64,000 bases of DNA from the IMG/VR virus record IMGVR_UViG_3300045125_000080, one strand, 5' to 3'. The DNA comes from an uncultured virus (IMG/VR IMGVR_UViG_3300045125_000080). Lineage: Duplodnaviria > Heunggongvirae > Uroviricota > Caudoviricetes. Shown here in pieces: positions 26,201 through 39,681 of this stretch. The notes beneath the pieces are model-generated. The model worked only from the letters and a program-made list of their open reading frames with translations, ran no database searches and had not been told where the DNA came from. How positions within the stretch are numbered: the first letter of the stretch is position 1; each line of letters begins with the position of its first letter. A program made the position numbers and the translations under genes.

Positions 26201-29200
26201 CTTCACCTGTTGTTTGGCTCTTGAATGGCATATTCTGGTTGTTTACTTTCGTCTAATAAATACTTAGCATCGGCGTCTGAAATATCAAATCCAAGATTAT
26301 CTTTAATAAATTCTTTAAGGTCTTTTACCAACTGCAATTAGATTCATCTTTAATCACATCCTATAATCGCCTCTGCTAAGGTCGTTACTTGCTTTTCGAG
26401 GGCTTGCGACCTAGACATCATAGATTATCCCTAGATGTCATTGAATCATTAAAGGCATCCGCTTAGCTGTTTCTTTGCTTCTTCTCTTTGCCTTCTGCGG
26501 GCATCTCCTGTCTTTTGTCTCTGTTTGGTAAAGCTTTAGCGAGAAATGCCGCTAACTCGGCCTGTTTCCTTGATTTGGTTGATTGCATCTTCTATTATTT
26601 TTTGTGATTCAGGTGAAAGTTCAAGTAGTACGGGTTCAAAGCCGCCTTCATATTCTCTTACTATGGCGCGCCAATCTATAAATCCTTGATTGTCTCTAAA
26701 CTTATCAAGGACTCTTAGTATTTCTTCTTGTTGTGCTTCGGGAATTTGTGACACTATAAGTCGAGTCTCTTCCTCTACGTCTTTATTAATGTCTTCAAGC
26801 TCGGCTAATCATTTTCTGCTCTTTGATAATCATTGTCATAATCTCTCACAAGCTCTTCGGCCATCGTTTCTCTCTTCGTATGGCTGAGGATAGCTTCTTC
26901 TATAGCGTTTCTAAAATCCTGCATTTCGTCAAACCTATCTACTCCCGCTATTTTTTCAGCAAGCTCTTCTATGCTTGGGCCATTTTTGTCTACTAAATAT
27001 CTTCTTGACTTTATTTCTTGCTCAGACTTTTGTGGCTTCCCACCTATAGCCCTGTTTTTTTCTACCGAATAATTCTTCAACGGCGGATGGGTTTATCTTT
27101 TCCTCCTGCAAGAAAGTATTGTAACACTTCCCCTCTTGGATCATTTACAATCTCTATATTTAAAGCCCTTCTCTTGACATCGGTTATTTCTCTTTTCTCT
27201 CTCTTTCCTTTCTTGTTGTTTCGCCAAATGGTAATTCTTCTTCTGTTATGGGTGCTGCGGGAACTTGTGGTGCAACTTCTCCAAAGGAAGGCTCTGTAGT
27301 TTCCTCAAAATAAGCTTTAACACCTTTTGACTTTTGCGCAGGTGTAAGTGTTCCCCCAAAATCTATCTCCCTCTAATCTTGTATCAAAATAAGAGTGAGT
27401 CATTTCTGCCTTTTTCAGGATCAAAGTATTCTATCCTATATTTTCTTTTGGTTCTTCCGGGAACTTGTGGTGCTTTACCTAAAACATAATCCGCTAAAGA
27501 TTGAGCTACTTTAATCCTGACAGAAGGCTTACCATTTATAATCCCTTCTCCAACTATTCTATCTTTAAACAATTCGGGTACTTCTTCTCTTGAACTATAT
27601 TCAAAAGAGGCTATTTTACCTTCTCCAATATCTTTTGCCTGTTGTTCTATGCTTGGTTTTTCTGTTGCGGGAACTTGTGGCGCAGCTTCTTCTCCCTCAA
27701 ATGCTTTTCTTAAATCAGATACAAATCCTTTAGCATTTTCTTTTATTCTTTCTGACGCATCTTTAAAAGTAGTCGTATCAGTAGATTGACCAAAATAACT
27801 TTTTTGAAATTCTCTAGAGTTAATTTACCTTTTTCTGCTAAAGATTCTAACCTATCAAGTTCTAATTCAACATCTTCTTTATTAAAATCAACTTCTTTAC
27901 AACAGGCTTTCCGTCTTCAAATTCTACAATTTGTTTTTTTCTCCCATTTGACAAAGCAGTTTTTACATCTGATGAAACTTTTAAATGAGTATCGTCTTTT
28001 GAAACTTCGGGAACTGGTGCCACTTTTTTCCCCAGAAGAAGGCTCTGTAGTTTTTTCAAAATAAGCCTTAACACCTTTTGATTTTTGCGCATCCGTAAGT
28101 TGTGACCAAAACGTATCTCCTTCTAATCTTGAATCAAAGTAAGAGTGAGTCATTTCACCTTTTTCAGGATCAAAATATTCTACTCTATATTTTTCTTTTG
28201 GCGCTTCGAGAGCTTGTAGCTTAGGTTCATTATTTGGGTATGCTCCTTCTGGTGCATCTTTGGTATACCTAATTGTTTTTTCTTGTCGTTGAGGGAAGTG
28301 TTAAGAGCGTCATCATTAACCGCTTGTACTCCATCAGAATTTTTAATTAGTTCATTAGCTTCGTTTTCGGATAAAGCCTGAAATTCTTTTACTGTCATTA
28401 CCCTGACATCACCCATTCCTCCGGGCATTGTAAAGGTTATGTAAGGAAGCTTATTTTCAGCTAATTGTGCAATATCAGAATTCGCGTCATTTAACTGCTT
28501 TTGGTAAATAGCCTTTATCGAATCATCCCTTTCTGACTCAATCTTGCTTTTTAGGTCTGATACCTTAGATGAAGAGCATTTATTAATATAGAGTCTGGCT
28601 TTGAAACAATGCCTAAATCCTCTATTTTCCCTAATCTCTGAGCTGTTTGCTCAAGAATTGCTTTTTGAGATTCATATTGAGCTTTGTCAATAGTACCGAT
28701 TGTATAATACTTTTCTAATACCTTTTGAGCAAATTCTAAGCCTTCTTTTGGACTATATTGGCAAAAAACTGTGAAGAGGATTCGGGAACTTTTTTGGAAA
28801 AGCTAGCCATTGAATTGCCAATAGAAGACATAGCAGCTCCTTGACCAATTGTTGAAACAACCGTATCTACTGCAATTTCCGGATTTTCTTTTATGTATTC
28901 AGTAATTGGCTTTTTATAACCACACCTTCAACAGCCTCGTTATAAGATTGTATGTATTCCGTAGGAGACTTCTTCAGCTTGCTCCAAGCCAAATCCGGCA
29001 ATTTTTTTCTTAATACCGCTAGATTTTAAAAAGCATCATATCCCCTAATCCGCCTAAAAAATAAAACGGTAAAGCAATTGTGTTTTTGTTGAACAAATCA
29101 GTTGCCGATTTTCTCAGCTATATTTACGTCACCAGTTTCTTCTAATTTTTGCTGATACTGCTGACCTGCGTTTTGGGCATTCTCTATCGCAAAGGAAGTT

Positions 29201-30683
29201 GTTCCGGGAGGCTAAAACAGGAAAGAGCGCCAACTCCGCCGCTGATAAGACCTACGCCAAGGAGTAGAGTAAAAGAGCTTGGTGCTGATGCGCCGAGGGA
29301 AGTCGCGGTAGAAGTAATGGCTCTATTCAACCATTCATTCTTATTCCATTCATATTTCGGAGACGCAAATTTATCCGCCGTGGAAGATCTATCTCTTAAA
29401 AAATCAACCAACTTATTGTTGGCTCCTTCCATATGCAAATAATCACCCAAGTTTGCTAAGCCTCATATTAAAGCCAGAAATAAAGCTATCAGATAAATTG
29501 GATGCCCACTCTGTTGCTCCGGGAACGCTTTTAGTGAACGCCGAAAGAGCGGCTTTTTTAATATCATTTTTTTCCTTAGATAAACGAACCGCAGCCTTTT
29601 CGGTGGCGTTTTTAATCTTATTGCGATCTGATTCGGGCAACTCTTTTAATATATCGGCATCGGATATAGTTTGCCCTATTCGCTTCAGCTCTGTTTCAAT
29701 TCTACCAAATTTTTTATTTGCTCTAACATTTATATTCCGAACCAAGTCAAGGTAATTATCGTTTACCGCTTTTATACCCAAATTCAACATTTTTCAAGCC
29801 TTCATCATACATTGAAGCAGCTTGATTTGCCGTGATTTCCCCCGCAGCCAATCTTTTATTTAATCCCTCAACATACCCATTAAATTCTTGTACAGTTACA
29901 TTGGCGTCATTTTTGGCTTGAGGCTAAAACAGAATCGGCTTCCTCGGTGGTCTGTCTTTTAATTAAATCAACATTATCGTATTGGTTTTTAGCTAACCTA
30001 TCAAATAATTTTTGTCCCGCCTCCTCCTTCATCTTTGCAATAGAATCAGTACTAAAACCAACCTTGGATAGCTCCTCATCAAATAATTTAGAAAACCTTG
30101 GCTTATCTTTTTCAAATTGACCCCGCTTTTTTAATTCTGCCGTCCAAGTGTCTACCAGATATTCCCCTCCACCATACTTCTTAGTAATCTCTCTAAAAAA
30201 ATTTCTTGCTTTTCCTTGGTTGTAGACTTCACCATCAAAAAAGTTTTTATAATCTCCCTCGTCTGAATTAGTCTTAGAAACTGGCGCAGCAAGTTCGTCT
30301 TTGTAACTGCCCAATACCTCCATTTTTCTTTTTATTGGCTGAACTTAACTCCTTGGTTGCAGCGTCTATATCCGCTTGAGGTATTATAGCAGGAGCCGCA
30401 CCAATCCCGGCGGAAGTAATCTGACTTTTTTGAAGATTAGATAGTCTCTTATCTGCTTTATTTACATCAGCAAAAACTTGCTCAATATCAGAATAGGTTA
30501 GCTTTTCCTTTTTAGGAGATTTTTCTCCTTCCAATGGGGGAACGGATATGCCAGCTTCGCCACCACGTCCTTTTGAAACGGCTCCAACACGATTTTTTTT
30601 TTTCAGGGATGGGAAATCCATCTGAATCAAATGATACTGAGGGGCACCGGGAATCCGTCTTTATCAAATTTTACTGGAACCAT
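23300..30683 (-). CDS. very large internal virion/ejection protein (many frameshifts)
   Basis: Continuous - strand chain of charged, helical ORF fragments starting MVPVKFDKDGFP, in the position typical of podovirus ejection proteins. Confidence 0.55.
27287..28200. repeat. ~165-bp diverged direct repeat (27287-27450 and 28038-28200) inside the internal virion protein
   Basis: Both copies encode KYRxEYFDPEKGEMTHSYFDxRLEGD...AQKSKGVKAYFE. Confidence 0.8.
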
Positions 30684-30684
30684 A

Positions 30685-32123
30685 TTATTCTTTAATCCAA
30701 AGTTTGCTAAATAATCTGCAACAGTCATATTATTTTTTTTTGCGCCCGCTGCAATTTGGCTTTTTGTAAAACTTTTGCCGCCTATTAAATACGTTTTTTC
30801 TTTTTTAGGAACGGTAATAGATTTAGGCGTTGGAAATTCCTGCTTCACCTGCCGCAGCCGTTTTTGCCTTTGTCCCAGCTTGAGGTTCTATATTGATATC
30901 TTGTTTTGTTATGGGAACAAGTTGTGTAACCGCAGTTGGAATATTATTTTCATCCTTTCAACATAGCTTAAGTAAATCAAATTATCCTTGGATTTCTTTG
31001 CATCAGCAAATCTCCTTGAGCATAATCTCTCCCGTTAATTTTTTAGCTATATCAATAAGTCTATCCTGAGTGATTGCACTTAATTTGTTAACAGGGAACC
31101 CTTTAATTCTTTCTGATTCTGGCAAACCGGGTTTGCCGATTGTAACAGGAGTTCTTAATTTACCCTCTATCTCTCCGTAATAATCCACAAATTGTCTTGC
31201 GCCGTCTCCTCCTACATTAATTGTAGTTCCTTGCGGTCTTGCATAAGACTTCTCACCTCTTCCCGCAACACCCATCTTATTTAAGATAATATCTGCCATC
31301 GCTACTTTTACTGGTGTATCCATTACATCATTAGGATTAACACTATTATAAGCTTTAGCAAGACTAATAAATTCTTCCGTAGGAACTTGTTGCTCTCCTT
31401 CTTTCAAAATGTTTCTGTACGTCTTTAATCCACTTTTGTCGGAGGTAATAGCAATAGCTCTCTCTGCCATTCCTTTAAGCTGGTTAGGGCTATAAACTTC
31501 TTCATAAGTCTCCGTTTCTCTCTGTGTAACTGGGTTAAATGTTTTTTAATATTTATTTTTTCAGAAGGTTTTACTCCCGCTGACGCAAAGTCAATAAATA
31601 ATTTTCTTTTGCCTACATCCCGCAGTAGGGAGCATTTTCAGAAAAATCAGCCATCGAATAGGGCGTCTTTGTTACTACGTTTTTATAATGTTCTGGAGTG
31701 TATGCATGCTTAGTCTAATTTTATCAAGAACTGGGAAATCCTCTTCGTCAAGCTTTCCTTCTTGTCTTTTAGAATCTAATTCACTCTGAAGTTTTCCTAT
31801 CTGTTTAGACTGCTCAACATCGCTTAATAATTTCTTGATATTTAAGCAAATGTTCTTGCTTAGTAAGACCTCCTTTGCCAATTTCACCTCTATTAGCTAC
31901 GCCATTAGAAATCCAATCTTGTAATTTTTTATTAAAACCCGGCTCATCCTGCGTTCTCATCCCAGCAGGATTAACCTTCATTCTAAGATCATTAAAATAT
32001 CTATCTAACGCCTCTTGCTTTGCGGCTTTTGTGCTGCTAACTTTGTTTGCAACTGCGGCTATGGGCCTTGATGTCAAAGACAACCGCCTCTGCACTATAT
32101 ACTTGAGGTGATATTGGGATCAT
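30685..32123 (-). CDS. internal virion protein (frameshifted)
   Basis: Merged ORFs 31814..32095, 31675..31887, 31003..31470 and 30627..30848. Confidence 0.5.
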
Positions 32124-32696
32124 TATCCTTCTTTTTCTTCTTTATTAGATAAAGCCGTGCCTATATCTGTTAAACCGCCAAAGATATTTGTAAGACCCGC
32201 TCTTTTGTAGCGGCTCTTCCGGCTGCTTTTGCAGCGGCGGCACTAATTTTTTGTTGTTGTTTTTGAAGTTCTGCCTGTGTCTTCATTTGCGCGGCACTTC
32301 CGAGAGCACCGAAACCTTCTCTCTTGTTGACCTTCTGCTGCTGCTTCTGCTGCAAGCGTTGCATCAGATAAAGAACGAGCAATAGAAGAAGCTGCACCCA
32401 TACGCGCTCTTGCTCCCTGCGCTCCTGCAAGTCCAGTTGCACCTGCGCGCTGTATGTTTTGCATTTGTCTTTTATACATTGCAGTTTGTGTAGGAGCTAC
32501 ACCATATCGCTGTTTTGCTTGCTCGTAATAATCAAGAATACTTGGGAACTGAATGTTTTCAATTTCTTTTTCTAATCCTTTTTCTGCTTTTTTTGACCAC
32601 TAAAAATAGCTTGCCCCAACCCAGCTACTGCTTTAGTACCGCCTGATGATAAGGCCTATCTTAGTTAGCTAATGGTAATGCTGCCCAAGGTCCCAT
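32124..32696 (-). CDS. Ala/Gly/Gln-rich small internal (pilot-like) protein (frameshifted)
   Basis: QRAGATGLAGAQGARARMGAASS..., with a hydrophobic N-terminus. Confidence 0.5.
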
Positions 32697-32703
32697 ATTT
32701 TAA

Positions 32704-35700
32704 TTATTTAACTGTTAACGGACTATCGGTAAATCGTGTACTTACCTCTGCCAAATTTACTAAATTATTTGCACTTGTTTTTTGAAATTTTGCCACTAAA
32801 TAATTGCCCTTTCATAAAGTTACCGTTAATTTTACCGCCGTGACGAATTAGCGTCCCTTTTTATAGCCGCAGAGGGGTTTCCTTCTAGCAACTGAAACTC
32901 GGCCTCATTGAGGCTGCTTTGCTGCTTGGTCGTCCCGTAGGAGAAGGTATTGGTAGACATTGAAGGCACAATCCAGATGGTATTTGCTATCTCCATTAGG
33001 CTATTCCAAGACTTCTTGGTATGGATATTTGGGTTAAAGACTACCTGAATATAGGCCTCGTACTTGGGTTCCATAAAACTTGCAATAATCGGTTGTATTG
33101 TCGTGCTTGTATAACTCCCCGTCTTTCCAGCTATAGACTAATTCTTGGGCGTTAGCCGAGCCATTCTGGGTGATAGCTGAAGAAAGCGGTGTAGCCATTT
33201 CTCATTTCATTGAAGGAGAAGGTGTAGGGGGAAATCGTGCCTAAAGGATTCTAAATTCAAGCGCAGAGCCTCCGTAAATATAATGTGTAGTTAGTTTTCT
33301 TACTGTAAAACCGCGGATTTCCGTTATAAGTAACTGCGGTAGCGGTGAAATCGCCTCCTGCGCTTATACTTGCAACAAGAGAGGTAATCATATCATTAAT
33401 AGTATTACCCACACCCAAACGTATAAGTAAATTGCGTATAGGGAAGTGGTGGCGATGGGGGATCAGCAGATACGCTAACCACAACTATCATCACCCGCTT
33501 GTGGTGTCCCTAGTAAAAGTAGAAACAACTGCAGGGCCACTCCATTGAGCTTTCGCCTGTGACAATATTCCCGGAGTATCACTTCCAAACTGAATAGCCG
33601 GATTTGCCGCCATAAGTAGTAGAAGTTGCGCTAAAAGTTCCAGAATGGGTTAATTGCCGCCACAGCAGCATTTATGATATCAGTAATAGTCCACCCAGCA
33701 AGAACAACTATAGGATAATCTATGGGCTGTGCCATAATTTTCTCTTAAAATAAAATGAACTACATCACCGTGTAAGCGGTGTCCCTGCAAAAGAAACAAT
33801 AGAAGTAAAAGGCCCGGTATTACCATGAAAAAGGTGTACTAAAGGTTGAAGGGGTATTAATATCTCCATTCACAATTGGGCCATTATCAACTAGCTGTAA
33901 AAAATTTTCCCCATACAAATTACCACCTTGCAAAGAGCATACATACTCTTCGTCAAAAAAGTTGTAAGTGCCTAATATCTTAGATTTAACTAAGTCACTC
34001 GACTTCTGTAGTTATTGTTGTATGGTATAATTAAATCACGTATATAAAACTGCCCTTTATATAAGTTCAGATATCGGGGTTAGCCCATCAGCAGATCTTC
34101 TTACTTGATAGCCTCTAACAGGATCTACAAAGTAATGAGAATTTTTACCTCTCACAAGGCTTGTCGGTTGATCTCCAAGGCCATAATTACCCTTCAAGAT
34201 ATCTTATATTATTGGTTGTAATAATATCATTAGTAGTAGTAAGCATTGCCGCCTGAACTATCTTGTATGATATTTGTTGTAAATACCATACATACCAACG
34301 CCTCTTTGCTGATAGACATACATTAGCTCTATCTTCAACCATAAACCTTTGTATAGCTCCCTTTGACCTATCTATTTCGTCAAAGTCTGCTGGCCTAAAT
34401 ATATTTAAGTTCATTAACATTTGTTCCTTGCTCATAAGCTCCACCCCATCTGAACCATCGCTTGATTGATAGATTCTGTTTGCGCATCTTTCATTAATCT
34501 ACAGTCCAAGCTCTACCATTTGAATTTACTGCGCTTGGGAAGTAGTCATTGTAATTGGCATCCATGAAAATATTCTGGTAGTTACAGATGTGAGCTACAT
34601 TACTTATAAACCATACCTCTACTTCTATAATATACATCTCCGTCAAACCATTGAAAAGTAGCTGGGTTTGTCGAAGTTTGGTCTCCTGTTTGACCTCTGT
34701 GATATCTTACCCCACCATGAAGTATATATATCATACTTTTTACCCCATTCATAAAAAATTCATTGTTTTCCGAAACGATTGGTTTGGGAGTATATATTTC
34801 TATTAACATTTGTTATATCAGTAAATGAAGTTGGAAGTGTAGATGGTTTTGTTACTTTTAAGAAAGTTCCATTTCCTGTATTAGGCGCTGTCATAGCTAT
34901 GCTTCAACTGTTCCTAATATTTCCATATCAAGTTGTAAGAGGTTTGCTACTTCCATCTACATAAGGAACAAAATTTCCCCTGTGTAAGCCGCTAATAACT
35001 CTAACTCTATCTCCTTCTGTAAATTCATAAGAAGGAACAAATCCGCTATTTTGAGTTTGTCTGAGTAAGTTAAGTTTTGAATACAGAAATATAAAAATCC
35101 ATCACTCGGGATCTAAGGATAAATCGTTGGTTACCCAGTACAAGAAAATTAGTTGGCTTTAGGTCAGCTCTTACCCATTGATAGATACGGCCCAATCGGG
35201 AGGCGTGTGATTAATAGAAGCCGAAATAAATGGAACTTGGGCCGTACATGTAGACGCAACCGAAAATATGGGTGTTGTAACCGCAAAATCTGTTGTATCA
35301 ACATCTGAATCAGAGACAAAAGATACTACTCCATTTGTCTTTGCCGTATTCATCAAAATAAACAAGGCCCAAGTCTTTCGAGGGCAACTCCATTTCCAAG
35401 ACAGCTTAGCGACCGTTCGACTCCCAGATCAGCTTGAGACAACTAACAGCTGCATTAGTAATCGTTCCCGCATTGGTAGAAGTATAAACCCTGAATACTC
35501 CCGCAGTTCCGTAAGTTATCAATAGCATATATTATTTCCCGTAAGTAAGTGCTGCTAATCCGGCTAACGATATCGTCTACCGTATCATCCGTAGCATATC
35601 GTTGTATAAGTTACATTTTTGGAGAAGCGTCTCCGGGCAGCTCCAGAATTATAATTAAAAGATATTGTGTAAGCAGCCCCAACTATAGTTCTAGGCCTAT

Positions 35701-36845
35701 GATAACTATAAAACTGAGCTTGGTCCAGTATAACTAAAATGATATATCTGGAGCACTCTGGGTTTCTAACACCAGAAGTAATATGTAACATCTACATCTT
35801 GATCTTTATATAGCGCGTCATACCCTTCTGTTAATACCTCCGTAAATAATTAGTATTCCCATTTAATAATTCAAGGGTATTTGCCTTATCTGGTAAGTAA
35901 CTATAGTATAAATCTGTTTCTACTAACTGGAAGGGTAACGTAAGCTCCATTGTTGTAGAAAGTATGTGTAAAAAGAATTTGGTAGGTATATTGGTAGTCT
36001 TCTAAAGTTAGTTTATCAATTAAAAAGAAATCACTCCACGTATTCCCTACGTTTACTTGTCCGGCAACTTCAATAGCTTAATGAGTCTTCCCCTCCAGTA
36101 TAAACCTGAACAGCATATGTAGTTGTTTTGAGTTGAGCTATTTGATACGTCTGGATTGATAGCCATCTACAGGTAAGGCATACCTTGATATAGGAGAAAA
36201 AGTAGATTTTTCGCCGTTTTCATATACCCATCGATAAGAAAATCTAAAAAGCTTTTTCTTAAATTATTAGTAGTAACAGTTGTATCGCTTCCGTAAACAG
36301 GACTTAGTTGGTGTTAGGCGGAGCATTTTAGCTGCACGTAATCATATCTATTGTGAAGGGTGCGAGGGAAGACACGGTATCCACATTTAAATATTTAGGC
36401 GCATTGTATCCGTCAGTCCAATAAAGTAAAGTCTCCTTGTCCCGGATCTCTGTAAACCAAGAGCGACAGAGTGAACAGGGATAGTCTAGGATTAAAATTA
36501 AGTACATCAGCAGATGCTATCAGCTATTACATAAAAATACTTTAGTAATTGTTTCCGTGTTTACGTCTAATTTATAAATACCGTTACTTCCCTGACTATT
36601 ATAATTAAAAAAGTAAATAAGTTGATTTAACTTGGTCAAAGTAAGAACCTATGCAAATGTTTGTTCCGTTAGCGGGAAGACTTGCATTTGAGATAAGATA
36701 GTTGCCTTTTACGTTTTCAGCAGTAAGACCATTAGGGCCTCCATAAAAACGGAGATTTAATGCGTCCGTATGCTGTGTGGCCAAGCACGCTCTCTGGCTT
36801 GTCATCGGTGTTCATTACACCCGAAAAACGCTTTACATCTATCAT
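32704..36845 (-). CDS. large tail tubular/nozzle ('stabilization') protein (many frameshifts)
   Basis: Starts MIDVKRFSGVMNTDD. Beta-rich fragments (DALNLRF, IGSYFDQ, WTDGYNAP). Follows the connector genes. Confidence 0.6.
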
Positions 36846-37372
36846 TTTATATATGTTTCCAGCTTTTCCTATGTAACAATATTATTTATAGACCTTCTTC
36901 CAACACCAAACATTTCCGCTAATTGCATTTTTGTATACAATGAAGAAAGTTTTCTAATTTCCAAAATATCTTCTTCTTTTAATATACTCATTCCATGACG
37001 AGAACCCTTTGCAACATCTATTAAATTATTTTTATATGCGTGATTTATATTTTCTTTATTAGTTACCCATTCTAAATTTTCTGCCCTATTATCTGTTTTA
37101 TTACAATTTTTATGATTTAATTATAGGGCTATTTGTTAGGTTTTTCAACAAATTCAATAGCAACAAGTCTATGTATCCAAACAATTTTTTGATTTCCATC
37201 TTTAGATAGCCAAGCTTGCTTGTACCCAGATGTATCTGTTGCTTGTTTCATAATTGTTTCAGGTTTCATTTACCGCCATTAGCAATCATTTTTCTAAAGC
37301 TTTTAAATTTCCAAGATTGCTAATTTTGTACAAACCTTCATACCCTGTAACATCCTTCCAAATTTCTTCCAT
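36846..37372 (-). mobile_element. NUMOD4-HNH homing endonuclease (frameshifted)
   Basis: Read on the - strand: MEEIWKDVTGYEGLYKISNLG; HRLVAIEF; NHKNCNKTDNRAENLEWVT. Confidence 0.85.
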
Positions 37373-37378
37373 AGTATA

Positions 37379-38149
37379 TTAACTTTTAACGGCAAGCCGC
37401 ATATTTCTTAAATTCCATTCATACAGGTCATTCAATCTAATAGGATCATATCTTGCGATAGCCACTCTACGTTCGTTGTAGTATTCTACTCGTCTGTCTC
37501 TTTTATCGCCAAGACTTCCCCTACGCGAAGAAGGTATACTAATAATATCCTTCCATCTTAAGTATGCGATGATAGCTTCTTTAAATTGTACGGGAAGAAG
37601 TAGTCCTGTCCCTGCTGTGGAACAGAAACATATTCTAACATCACATATTCATATTCAAAATTCTCATCAAGTACAATAACGCCATTCGCATTATCAATCT
37701 TAAATGAACCTACAAACGGAGTTCCAGAAGGAAGACCGTATAAGTTAGAAAGTCCGTATCCGTTCCAGTAGTTCCACCACACAATACCTTGTGGGCTATA
37801 GCCTGTGAATACTGTAGGATCTTGTGTTTGAGAAAGTCGGGTAGGCTGCATATCAAAGGCTGTGGTCAAGTTGTTGTTGACCATTAAGGGGTATGATTTC
37901 CCCTTGCGCATTTAAGATGCCTACTTTTGAATAGTTTAGGTAGTCTGCGGGAAGTGTTACCGTTAGGTTTGGATTAACAGGCAGCTTTACAGACTTAATA
38001 GCAAAAAAGAAGTCAAGTCCAAGTTCCGTTAAAGCTCGGTAGGCAAGGTTCCACATCTTAAAATACTTGTGGTTGCCCTGCTCGGACTCATCCAGATAAG
38101 CGTAAATCGCTTCATCGAGGCTTACCCATTGTCTATTTTGCGTTGCCAT
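37379..38149 (-). CDS. tail ring / adaptor structural protein (frameshifted)
   Basis: ORFs 37853..38149 and 37558..37911 (VTLPADYLNYSKVG). Confidence 0.6.
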
Positions 38150-38150
38150 A

Positions 38151-38414
38151 TTACTCTTTTGCTATAATTGCGTTTTGATCCATTATGTAATGTCTGTCTC
38201 CGTGAACGTCTACTGGAGTTCCCCATTCCTTCACGCGGTACACTACATCTCCAGCTACGAAAGGCATTTTTCTATCTCTAGTTCCTCTTCCCACAGCAAC
38301 CACAAGAAGCTTGTTGCTTTCTTTTCTTGCTGATTCGGGTACGAATATTCCGCCTTCAGAAATTTCGTCTGCGGGAAAAGGTTTAACGAGAATATTGTTA
38401 CGTATGGGCTGCAT
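38151..38414 (-). CDS. groES: co-chaperonin GroES
   Basis: MQPIRNNILVKP...SEGGIFVPESA...VVAVGRG...GDVV; 87 aa. Confidence 0.9.
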   Translation of the reverse strand: MQPIRNNILVKPFPADEISEGGIFVPESARKESNKLLVVAVGRGTRDRKMPFVAGDVVYRVKEWGTPVDVHGDRHYIMDQNAIIAKE

Positions 38415-38418
38415 AGTA

Positions 38419-39051
38419 TTAGTTTACAGATAAATCTTGTCCGTCATTTGCCAAGTCTTTAGGCGTTGACTTCATTAACAGTAATTGCTTCTGGATATAT
38501 TCTAACATCACAGGAACATAATCACCCGGTACATTTAATGTGCTATTTAGGTCTGTAGAATCACCGCCTGAAACAAGTGTTACGCTAGCGGTATAGTTGC
38601 TCAATGCAAGAGAGCTTATAATAAAGGCACGACTTCCCTCAACATAATAAAGAGTCTTAAAGGGAAGGTTCTGCATTGATTGGAAATATGTTTTTTGGTT
38701 TTCTGTTAGGGGAATAAGTGGTTGTGAAAGTTTACCTTGATTATCTTTTAAAATAAAAGTAGAGATACCTTCATTAGCTCCTATTCCTACAGGTATTTGC
38801 GGAAGGGTTACTTTCCATAGTCCTGTTTCATCATTAGAGATTGCAAGCCCCTTAAAAGTAGTGTAAAAGCTATTATTAACATAAGCAACACCATCTAATC
38901 TTAAATTGTCTGTATAGTTATTCTTTGCAGCAAAAGCAATAGCTTGGTCAATGTACTGATTAACAAGCATAGGCGTAATCGAAGAATCCTCTTGAACGTA
39001 TCCTCCGTATACTTGCCTAAGAACCTGCTCTATAAATTGCGATCTTAGCAT
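38419..39051 (-). CDS. head-tail connector / ring structural protein
   Basis: Intact 210-aa ORF in the morphogenesis block. Confidence 0.55.
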   Translation of the reverse strand: MLRSQFIEQVLRQVYGGYVQEDSSITPMLVNQYIDQAIAFAAKNNYTDNLRLDGVAYVNNSFYTTFKGLAISNDETGLWKVTLPQIPVGIGANEGISTFILKDNQGKLSQPLIPLTENQKTYFQSMQNLPFKTLYYVEGSRAFIISSLALSNYTASVTLVSGGDSTDLNSTLNVPGDYVPVMLEYIQKQLLLMKSTPKDLANDGQDLSVN

Positions 39052-39060
39052 TTTACAAAA

Positions 39061-39681
39061 TTATTTAATAATTGATTTTTTGCCTAAATAATTTCCTGAT
39101 ATGGCTTATGCACATACCAAAATAATTCTCAATATCTCTTGTTGCGTAATAAATACCTGTATTAACATTTAAAAAATATACAGTATTGGATTTCCCTCAC
39201 CACTATACTTAATAGACCTATCCTTTTTAAACTTATCAGACATTTTTCTCCCCTTTTTTAAAGCAGACATTTTCATTCTTGTTTCTAAAGAAACTTTATG
39301 TCCTTTTAAACTAGAAGAAATTTTTTTACTTAAATCATCTCTGTATTTATCGTCTGTTTTTATTTTTTAATATGGCAAAGCGAAGCCTCTTTTCTTGCTC
39401 TGCTTGAATTTCCGCCTACTATAGTATTATATTCATAACCACCCGTTTCGGTGCACTCTTCTTCTTTTTTAAGCAGATAATCCAAATCGCCAGTTTCTAT
39501 TTCGGTAAAAACAAAAGATTTTTCTCCATAAAGATTAAAATCGTCTTGAATAACTTGAGGAGCGCTATTTCTTCTTAGCTTATACAAGTGAACAAGCTTT
39601 TCTTCGATAGAACTTGTCATCGGTTACTCCAATATACTTCTTATTATTAGCCTTATTTAATATTTGATATAGTATTGCCAT
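39061..39681 (-). mobile_element. GIY-YIG homing endonuclease with NUMOD3 repeats (frameshifted)
   Basis: MAILYQILNKANNKKYIG...QDDFNLYGEKSF...EYN; KGHKVSLETRMKMS. Confidence 0.75.
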
